Shown in pieces: positions 55,990-64,000 of a stretch of 64,000 nt of DNA. The stretch lies in contig JANQEA010000035.1 in the NCBI GenBank assembly GCA_028278555.1, positions 152,089 through 216,088 on the forward strand. Reading direction: 5' to 3'. Source of the stretch: Candidatus Bipolaricaulota bacterium (lineage in GTDB: Bacteria; Bipolaricaulota; Bipolaricaulia; UBA7950; UBA9294). A model generated the notes under the pieces. That model worked only from the letters and a program-made list of their open reading frames with translations, did no database searches and was not told the DNA's origin. Made by a program: the position numbers and the translations under genes. How positions within the stretch are numbered: the stretch's first letter is position 1; every line of letters starts with the position of its first letter.

Positions 55990-56796
55990 CTATCCGGCCG
56001 ATCGCTCGAGATGCTCCAGTCCTGCCCAAATCCCTTCGGGAATGGAGATCCCGTCCGGCGGGTGGACTTCGAGAACCCCCGTCCCGGCGAACCCGATCCG
56101 GTCGAGCGCGTCGAGGGTGCGCTGCCAATCGATCGTCCCTCCGCCGGGGACGAGATGTTCGTCCTCTTCGCCATGCCCGTCGTGGAGATGGAGATGGACG
56201 AGCTGTCCGGCGTAGCGCTCGATGTAATCGACGATCGGCTCCCGCCCGGCGTCTCGAGAGAGATGCGCATGCCCGACATCGATACAGATCCCGACGTTTG
56301 ACGTCTCGGGGTCGTCGCCGACTTCCTCGAGAACCCGATCGAGTGTCGAGATCGAGTGTCGGACGTTCTCCACCGCCAATCGGACGCCCCGTTCCGCGGC
56401 GTAGCCGGCGATCCGTCGAATCTCAGGTGTATCGATCCGATCGTCCGGATCTTTCAGTCCGAGGCATACGGGATGGAGGACGAGCATCTCTCCGCCGACG
56501 CATGCGGCAAAATCGATCTCTCGCCGAAGGCTGGCCGGATCCCATCTCCAGTAGATTCCCCGAGTATGAACCGTGACGAACGCCGCCGCCCGGCAGGCCT
56601 CCGCAAGCTCGGTGATCTCCGCTTCGTCCGTCTCCGGAGCGTCGAGCGCCTTCGAACCCCAAACCTCGACACCAAGCGCCGGATCGATCGCCAAGATCGC
56701 TCGGACGGCTTCCGAGAGTGACGGCCACTCCCCGGGAGGGCGACGCCCGTAGAATCCCCAGATACTCGCTCCGAGCCGGAACCCGACGTCGGTCAT
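55990..56796 (-). CDS. Sugar-phosphate isomerase/epimerase (xylose-isomerase-like TIM barrel)
   Basis: Shows the TIM-barrel metal-binding pattern (HxD...E). Start set at MTDVG. Confidence 0.65.
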   Translation of the reverse strand: MTDVGFRLGASIWGFYGRRPPGEWPSLSEAVRAILAIDPALGVEVWGSKALDAPETDEAEITELAEACRAAAFVTVHTRGIYWRWDPASLRREIDFAACVGGEMLVLHPVCLGLKDPDDRIDTPEIRRIAGYAAERGVRLAVENVRHSISTLDRVLEEVGDDPETSNVGICIDVGHAHLSRDAGREPIVDYIERYAGQLVHLHLHDGHGEEDEHLVPGGGTIDWQRTLDALDRIGFAGTGVLEVHPPDGISIPEGIWAGLEHLERSAG

Positions 56797-56812
56797 CGAG
56801 GGGCCTCCTTGG

Positions 56813-58132
56813 CTAGACAGTCTCGATCGTCTCGCGGAACGAGACCCCGAGTTCGGCCAACTCGGCAAGGACCGGCCCGTAGATCTCCGGGATCACCGGG
56901 GTGTGGACCCCCGTCAGCGCGATCTCGCCCTGGAGGATCCTTCGCGCCGCGATCGCGGCCGGCAGCCCGACGAGCCTCGACATCGACGAATCGCCGTTCG
57001 GAATCCCATAGTCGATCATCGTCGAGGTTACCTTTTCCGTCCGGTCCGAATACTCGGCAACGAACTCATGCTGCATAACGAGCATGTCTCGTTCCCCGGA
57101 CGTGTACTCCATCTTCGAGAGCATCCGCGAGGCGACGACGTCGAGGTAGGTCGTGTCCCTTGCCGGGATCGGATCGCTTCCGAGAAGGCCGAGCCATTCG
57201 AAGTCGGTGATGGGTTTGGCGTCGACGGCGATCCCGAGACGGTTCGCCAGATCCGCCTTCAGATCTGTTCCGTCGGAGCCGATCAGGCGCGCGAGCAGCT
57301 CGCCGAACGTCAGCCCGGCGAGATCGTCTCGCTCCGTCTCGTCCAAGAGGCCGAGATCGACGACCGCCTTCAGCGTATCGCACCATTCCGGGTAGCGGAG
57401 CGTCCCTCGGAACATGCTCCGGACCGTCGGGATGTCATAGGTCTCGATGTAGGGGATCGAGTCGCGATTCGGATAGACCTCGAGGTGTCCGAATCCGACG
57501 ATCGGGCAGACCCAGTGGTGAGCGAACAGCTCCGGGCCGGGGACGTCGACAACCTCGCCGTCCTTCAAGAATCGCGCCGGATTCTTCCCCGCGAGGATCA
57601 CCCCGCGTGGCGCCCACGAGAATTTGTAGCCGAACGGGTTGTCGTTCGCGTCGGGCGCGGGGAGCCCTCCGGTGTTCGAGGTGAACGACACGAGCGTTCC
57701 GCCGGACTCCCGAATCCGATCGATGACCTGCATCGCCGACATGTGATCGATTCCCGGATCGACGCCGATCTCGTTCAACAGAAGGACGCCGGCCCCACGC
57801 GCCGCGCTGTCCAAGGCTCGCATCTCGTCTTTCACGTAGGAGGTCGTCACCATCTGCTTCCGGTGCTCGACGCAGAATCGCGCGACGAGTGGGTGGTAGA
57901 CATACGGGAGAAGGCTGATCGATAGATCGTGCTCGGCGATCAGGCGTTCCAGCTCTGTTTCTTCCGTGACGTCGAGCGCCAGCGCCGTGCCGTTCGATGC
58001 GCCGCCGATCAGCCGCTTCGCCTTCTCCACCGTCCGGCTGGCGATGGTGACATGAAACCCTTCCACATCGAGCAGGTAGCGAACGAGCGGACCGGCAACG
58101 AGGCCGGCCCCGAGGACGAGTACGCGCTTCAT
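56813..58132 (-). CDS. Saccharopine dehydrogenase (NAD(P)-binding) family protein
   Basis: Has the N-terminal VLVLGAGLVAGP Rossmann motif and a saccharopine dehydrogenase C-terminal domain. Confidence 0.75.
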   Translation of the reverse strand: MKRVLVLGAGLVAGPLVRYLLDVEGFHVTIASRTVEKAKRLIGGASNGTALALDVTEETELERLIAEHDLSISLLPYVYHPLVARFCVEHRKQMVTTSYVKDEMRALDSAARGAGVLLLNEIGVDPGIDHMSAMQVIDRIRESGGTLVSFTSNTGGLPAPDANDNPFGYKFSWAPRGVILAGKNPARFLKDGEVVDVPGPELFAHHWVCPIVGFGHLEVYPNRDSIPYIETYDIPTVRSMFRGTLRYPEWCDTLKAVVDLGLLDETERDDLAGLTFGELLARLIGSDGTDLKADLANRLGIAVDAKPITDFEWLGLLGSDPIPARDTTYLDVVASRMLSKMEYTSGERDMLVMQHEFVAEYSDRTEKVTSTMIDYGIPNGDSSMSRLVGLPAAIAARRILQGEIALTGVHTPVIPEIYGPVLAELAELGVSFRETIETV

Positions 58133-58136
58133 CGAT

Positions 58137-59480
58137 TCACTCCTTTGGCGCGGCCGTGCCGGCCGCTTCGAGGTGTTTGCCAATGCCACGATATTCGGGG
58201 GCCAGGTCGCCGCGATGACAGATAACGGCCCGTTTCAGTTCCGGGGGAAGGTCAAGCCCGTCGAACGGCTCGCGATAGTCGGCCGCGGCGATCGCGGGGA
58301 CGAACCCCTTCAGAATCGCGCTGAAGTAGGTCGATGCCTCACGCGGAAGCTCGGTCGGAAGGATCTCGACCGCCATCATCACCGGCCCGGTCCCCTCGAT
58401 TCCCGGACGGATCGATCCGTTCGTTGGATCGTAGACGTAGACAGGATTGTCCGGTTCGGTCCCCTTGACAGTGATCTGGATCGATCCCTCGACGTCGCAA
58501 GAGATGTCGCCGATAACGCGGAGGGTCGGCTGGCCTGCCGCGTAGAGATCTCGGATCGACTCCACCGTCACCAGGCGGGGGTACTTCGGCTCCCAGTAGA
58601 TGCAGTTGACGAGCGCGTGGAGCTTCGACAGATACCGATCGAACGCGCCGCGGTAGCGCTCCGGATGGGCGTAGTACTCCTCCAGATCGAACGGTTTTCC
58701 GTCGACCAGCGGAAGGACCGTATCCTCCTCGCGGAAGACTGTCACGACGACCGGCCGGTTCGGATCAGCCGTCGGACCTTCTGGGGCGAGGAGATCACTC
58801 GGAGGGACGACCGTCGTCGGGAGAAGGTTGAGGATCTCTTGCGCCCCTTTCGAGACGTTCCCGTACCCGGCGACCCCGATCATCAACGGGTCAATCGCCT
58901 CCGGCAGACCTTCCGATGCGATCCGCTCGCCGACGGCGCGGATCGCGCGTTTCGCCTCGTCGAGGTCCGCATACGCCGATGCCTGCCGGATCTCTTCGAG
59001 CGGCGTCGAAATCCCCTCCCAGGCGAGCCGTCGCCCGAGCGTCCAAAGCGTGTCGATCGCTCCGGCCAGGCCGGCGTAGTTGCCGAAGAAGATAAGTCGT
59101 CGCCCGGCTTCGTCGACGATCCTTTCGTAGTCGATGATCGTGCAGCGAAGGTCGAGACACCGCTGGAGCATCGGCATGTTCGCCGGCTGCGCCTTGATCG
59201 TGTGGGAGAAGAAAACGTAGACCGTCTCCGCCTCGAAAGCATCGACGGGGATCTCCTTCAGGCCGATGACGATCGGACACCCTGAGAGTCGATCGACGAC
59301 CTCCAGACCCGCATCGCGGTACTCGGCGTCGCTGAAGGCTCTCTTGGCCGATGACTCAACCGAAAACGCAAGGCCCGTCTCTTCAGTCAGCGCGTGAAGG
59401 TGTTCTGGGGTCAGGGGAACGCGCCGCTCCCACTCGTACATATCCTCGTGTCGAATCCCGATCCGATCGCCCATCCGCAC
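58137..59480 (-). CDS. Alanine-dehydrogenase/PNT-domain protein, lysine-ketoglutarate reductase-like
   Basis: Has N- and C-terminal AlaDH/PNT domains with GVAGYGNVSKGA. It is paired with the saccharopine dehydrogenase gene. Confidence 0.65.
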   Translation of the reverse strand: MRMGDRIGIRHEDMYEWERRVPLTPEHLHALTEETGLAFSVESSAKRAFSDAEYRDAGLEVVDRLSGCPIVIGLKEIPVDAFEAETVYVFFSHTIKAQPANMPMLQRCLDLRCTIIDYERIVDEAGRRLIFFGNYAGLAGAIDTLWTLGRRLAWEGISTPLEEIRQASAYADLDEAKRAIRAVGERIASEGLPEAIDPLMIGVAGYGNVSKGAQEILNLLPTTVVPPSDLLAPEGPTADPNRPVVVTVFREEDTVLPLVDGKPFDLEEYYAHPERYRGAFDRYLSKLHALVNCIYWEPKYPRLVTVESIRDLYAAGQPTLRVIGDISCDVEGSIQITVKGTEPDNPVYVYDPTNGSIRPGIEGTGPVMMAVEILPTELPREASTYFSAILKGFVPAIAAADYREPFDGLDLPPELKRAVICHRGDLAPEYRGIGKHLEAAGTAAPKE

Positions 59481-59594
59481 CGCCCTTCAAACGTGCTTGC
59501 CTGCTCAGGCGCGAAGTATACCGAACCGCCTGAAGAGGGACAAAAGCCCGTCCCTGACAGTGATACCGCCCGTGCGCCGACGACGATGGCTGAC

Positions 59595-60389
59595 CTAGCG
59601 GAGACCCCACCGCTCGAAGGCCCGTTTGCCTTCCCGGGAGAAGAAGAGCCAGCGTTGGATCCCCTCCATGTCGTGGTGGAACGTCTCGCCAGATTCGTCG
59701 AGGAACGCCCGGACCGCCTCGACGAGTTCTCTCGTCTGCTCGGATTCCGGAACCCCTTGCAGACAAACGGCACGAGAGAGGAGATCGTCTGGAACGCCCA
59801 GAAGTCGCAGTTCCTCCTCGCTCCAGTGCTTCGTCGCCGCCCACGAGCCCTTCACGAGGAAGAGGAGCTTGACGAGTGCGTTGAGTGCATCGCCGTAGAG
59901 AAGGCGAAGGTCGAGTGTCGGAGCGGTCTCGACTCGATTCGACGTCTTTCGCGCTCGGCCGAGCCGGTAGAGGAACTCGAGGAAGTGGATTGTCATCCGT
60001 TCCTGCCGAACGTCCTCGGGGAGTTCCGCGAGACGCTCGATGACCGGTCCGATCCGCCCCTCCGGATCGTGAAGGACCACCGCGTGCTGATACGGCTGAT
60101 GGAAGAGGTCGAGCGTCGAGTCGGTCAGCCCGACGAAGTCGGACCAGGGGATCAGATAGAACTCGTAGTCGACGATCGGCCGTTCGCCTTCCGGCGTTCC
60201 CTCCTTGTAGACGAAGACCTGCCGCTCCTCGTCGGGAGTCCGCTCGTAGACGGCGTTCTCGACGATCACCTCGATGTCGTAGTCGGACAGTCCATCCCGA
60301 TACGGGCGTGTCATCGACCCAAGAAGGTAGATCCCAACCACGCCCTCTCTCCCGACGTACGGCTCGATCAGTTCACGCGCTCGCTCCAT
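59595..60389 (-). CDS. Nucleotidyltransferase, ANT(6)/AadK-like (streptomycin adenylyltransferase family)
   Basis: Has the GS...SDYDI nucleotidyltransferase motif (LLGSMTRPYRDGLSDYDIEVIV). A GGGAGG ribosome-binding site precedes the ATG at 60389. GC is about 55-57%. Confidence 0.6.
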   Translation of the reverse strand: MERARELIEPYVGREGVVGIYLLGSMTRPYRDGLSDYDIEVIVENAVYERTPDEERQVFVYKEGTPEGERPIVDYEFYLIPWSDFVGLTDSTLDLFHQPYQHAVVLHDPEGRIGPVIERLAELPEDVRQERMTIHFLEFLYRLGRARKTSNRVETAPTLDLRLLYGDALNALVKLLFLVKGSWAATKHWSEEELRLLGVPDDLLSRAVCLQGVPESEQTRELVEAVRAFLDESGETFHHDMEGIQRWLFFSREGKRAFERWGLR

Positions 60390-60443
60390 CGGCAACCTCC
60401 CGATCCCACAAAGATGAAGCCCGCGAGTGGCCTCGCGGGCTGG

Positions 60444-60516
60444 TGGGTGGTACAGGGCTCGAACCTGTGACCTCATGCACGTCAAGCATGCGCTCTCCCA
60501 GCTGAGCTAACCACCC
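60444..60516 (-). tRNA. tRNA-Val (anticodon GAC)
   Basis: The 73-nt cloverleaf has a 7-bp acceptor stem GGGTGGT/ACCACCC, a GTTCGAG T-loop and the anticodon loop TTGACGT. Confidence 0.85.
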
Positions 60517-60527
60517 ATCTCGTGCTC

Positions 60528-60602
60528 TGGAGGCGGCGACCGGATTCGAACCGGTGAATCAGGGATTTGCAGTCCCTTGCCTTACCGCTTGGCTACGCCG
60601 CC
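60528..60602 (-). tRNA. tRNA-Cys (anticodon GCA), CCA encoded
   Basis: Acceptor stem GGCGGCG/CGCCGCC, anticodon loop CTGCAAA and a U73 discriminator typical of Cys. The terminal CCA is present. Confidence 0.85.
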
Positions 60603-60664
60603 GACAGGCCCTCGATTATACGAGACCCGGAAACCCGGATCAATTCACGCTTCCGCTCGGCCGA

Positions 60665-62110
<1,446 letters not shown>

Positions 62111-62122
62111 CTATCCCACGGA

Positions 62123-62974
62123 TCAGGTCGTTCGAAGCGCCTCCGCTCCCCCAATGATGTCAGCGATCTCTCGCGTGATCGCCTGCTGTCTCGCCTTGTT
62201 GTACGCGCGGGTCAACCCCTTCAGCAGATCCTCGGCATTGTCGGTCGCGTTCTTCATCGCTTGGCGGCGGATCGCGTCCTCGCTCGTCTTCGTCTCGAGG
62301 AGCGCCGCGTAGAGCCTCCCCTGCAGGCTCAGCCGAAGCGACACGTCGAGCATCTCGATCACGCTCGGCTCGACGAGCACGTCGTTCAGCACCGACTCTG
62401 TCGTAACCGGCAGGAAGTCCTCCACAACAAGCGTCTGCTTCAGATCGGAGACGAACCGCATGTAGACCAGCACGATCCTCCCGACGCGCCCTCCGAGGTA
62501 GAGATCGATCAGATCCCCGGCCATCCGCCGCGCCGTCTCGGCGGACGGCGGATCGTAGGTGTGCGAGTAGCTGAGGAGCGGCTCGACGCCGCGCCGGGAG
62601 AAGTAGGAGCGCGCCTTCTCGCCGCCGGCAAGCAGCTCCGCTTCCGTGCCCTCCTGGAGCAATTCCTCGCCTTTCCGGTTGATGTCCCCCTTGTAGCGGC
62701 CGCAGAGTCCCCGATCGGAGTTGAGGACCATGACGCCGAGTGCCTCGGATCCGTTCGGCGCCATCAGCGGATGCGGTTCGACGTCCGGGGGAATCCGACC
62801 GATCAGCTGCGCAATGTAGCCATCGAGCTCCTCGAGGTACGGGCGAACCTCGGCGAGGCGTCGCTTCATCCGCGTCACCTTCGTCATCGCGATCGCGTTC
62901 ATCGCACGGGTAATCTGCGCGATGTTCTCGATGTTCCCGATGCGCCCTTTAATCGCCCTGACGTGTTGTGCCAC
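62123..62974 (-). CDS. atpG: F1 ATP synthase gamma subunit
   Basis: A 283-aa product with gamma-subunit termini (MAQHVRAIKGRI...). Confidence 0.9.
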   Translation of the reverse strand: MAQHVRAIKGRIGNIENIAQITRAMNAIAMTKVTRMKRRLAEVRPYLEELDGYIAQLIGRIPPDVEPHPLMAPNGSEALGVMVLNSDRGLCGRYKGDINRKGEELLQEGTEAELLAGGEKARSYFSRRGVEPLLSYSHTYDPPSAETARRMAGDLIDLYLGGRVGRIVLVYMRFVSDLKQTLVVEDFLPVTTESVLNDVLVEPSVIEMLDVSLRLSLQGRLYAALLETKTSEDAIRRQAMKNATDNAEDLLKGLTRAYNKARQQAITREIADIIGGAEALRTT

Positions 62975-63057
62975 ATCTTCTCCTCTGCTTCATCGACCAG
63001 GAGAACGGCGCTCGTCGCCGTTCTCCACCGTGATCGGCGGTCGGCTTCGACCGTCGA

Positions 63058-64000
63058 TCACGCAAACGTCTTCTTGAACTCGCCGATCGCCTCTTCCAGC
63101 TGCGAGCGGATCTCGTCGGTCATCCGCCGTTCCTCGCGGATCATCGTGAGGATCTCGCCCCGCTCCTCACGGATGAACTTCAGCCACTCCCGTTCGAACC
63201 GACGGACATCAGCGACCTCCACATCGACGACGTGGTTCTCGACCCCGACATAGATCGCGACAATCTGCTCCTCGACAGGCATCGGCTGGTACTGCTCCTG
63301 CTTGAGGATCTCCATCAGACGATCGCCCCGCGCCAGCTGCGCCTTCGACTCGTCGTCGAGGTCGGCCGAGAACTCGGCGAACGCCTCCAGTTCGCGGTAC
63401 TGAGATAGCTCGAGCCGGAGCGGACCGGCGATCTGAGACATCGCCTTGATCTGCGCCTCGCCGCCGACGCGCGACACCGAGAACCCGACATTGATCGCCG
63501 GACGGAATCCCTGGTTGAACAGATCGGTCTCGAGATAGATCTGACCGTCTGTGATGCTGATTACATTCGTCGGGATGTAGGCGGTGATGTCTCCGGCCTT
63601 TGTCTCGATGATCGGGAAGGCTGTCAGCGAGCCTCCGCCCTGCTCGTCGGCGAGGCGGACCGCCCGCTCGAGGAGCCGCGAGTGGGTGTAGAAGATGTCG
63701 CCAGGATAGGCCTCGCGCCCCGGCGGTCGCCGGAGGAGGAGGGAGAGCTCGCGATAAGCAACGGCGTGCTTCGACAAATCGTCGTAGACGATGAACGCAT
63801 CCCGTCCCTGGTAGGTGAAGTACTCGGCCATCGCGCATCCGGCGTAGGGGGCGAGGTACTGCATCGGTGTCGGCGAGTTCGCGTCGGCGACGACGACGAT
63901 CGTGTAGTCCATCGCATCGTACTTGGTCAGGGTGTCGACGATCCGCGCGACCGTCGACGCCTTTTGCCCGATCGCAACGTACACGCAGACAACGTCCTCT
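63058..64000 (-). CDS. atpA: F1 ATP synthase alpha subunit (3' portion; gene continues beyond the window end)
   Basis: The C-terminal 310 aa or so of the alpha subunit (..[41 protein letters not shown]..). The true start lies upstream of position 64000. Confidence 0.9.
   Translation of the reverse strand, partial: EDVVCVYVAIGQKASTVARIVDTLTKYDAMDYTIVVVADANSPTPMQYLAPYAGCAMAEYFTYQGRDAFIVYDDLSKHAVAYRELSLLLRRPPGREAYPGDIFYTHSRLLERAVRLADEQGGGSLTAFPIIETKAGDITAYIPTNVISITDGQIYLETDLFNQGFRPAINVGFSVSRVGGEAQIKAMSQIAGPLRLELSQYRELEAFAEFSADLDDESKAQLARGDRLMEILKQEQYQPMPVEEQIVAIYVGVENHVVDVEVADVRRFEREWLKFIREERGEILTMIREERRMTDEIRSQLEEAIGEFKKTFA

Overview
This is a 64 kb high-GC (roughly 65-68%) bacterial chromosomal segment that I could not assign to a taxon. 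GGAGG-type ribosome-binding sites are frequent. Several features point to a diderm (Gram-negative-type) envelope: a LolA-like lipoprotein sorter, a Spy/CpxP-like periplasmic protein, and a C-terminal beta-barrel ending in Phe. I annotate about 60 genes, mostly housekeeping or metabolic. These include the ATP synthase genes atpA (3' part only), atpG and atpD, followed by tRNA-Cys and tRNA-Val. They also include pyruvate kinase, DinB, a TldD/PmbA pair, a lysine-ketoglutarate reductase/saccharopine dehydrogenase pair, several ABC transporters, an MMPL exporter operon, an OmpR-family two-component system and a CcdA/thioredoxin/DUF3179 cluster.

Two segments have clearly lower GC (about 45-55%) and atypical codon usage, and look horizontally acquired. 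The first, about 2100-4375, carries a protein fusing a Fic/DOC AMPylase domain with an intact HPFLDGNGRVAR motif to a C-terminal nucleoside-2-deoxyribosyltransferase/TIR-like Rossmannoid domain. It also carries a small 3-TM membrane protein and is bounded by a frameshifted VOC (glyoxalase) pseudogene. This is my best candidate for an undescribed toxin/defence-type module. The second, about 23290-25950, encodes a secreted PGRS-like glycine-rich (GGxGGxGG) repeat protein with a C-terminal autotransporter-like beta-barrel.

Other notable items: a near-consensus promoter with a perfect 23-bp palindromic operator in front of an operon of two paralogous membrane proteins, a winged-helix regulator and a 27-aa micropeptide. 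A consensus promoter drives a roughly 170-nt structured RNA that ends in a GNRA-loop terminator, upstream of an ABC uptake operon (riboswitch or sRNA candidate). An APH-fold pseudokinase sits divergent from a patatin-like phospholipase operon. A ZnuA-like binding-protein gene remnant precedes metal ABC genes. An ANT(6)-like nucleotidyltransferase lies next to the tRNA genes. No CRISPR arrays, transposases or prophage genes were seen.
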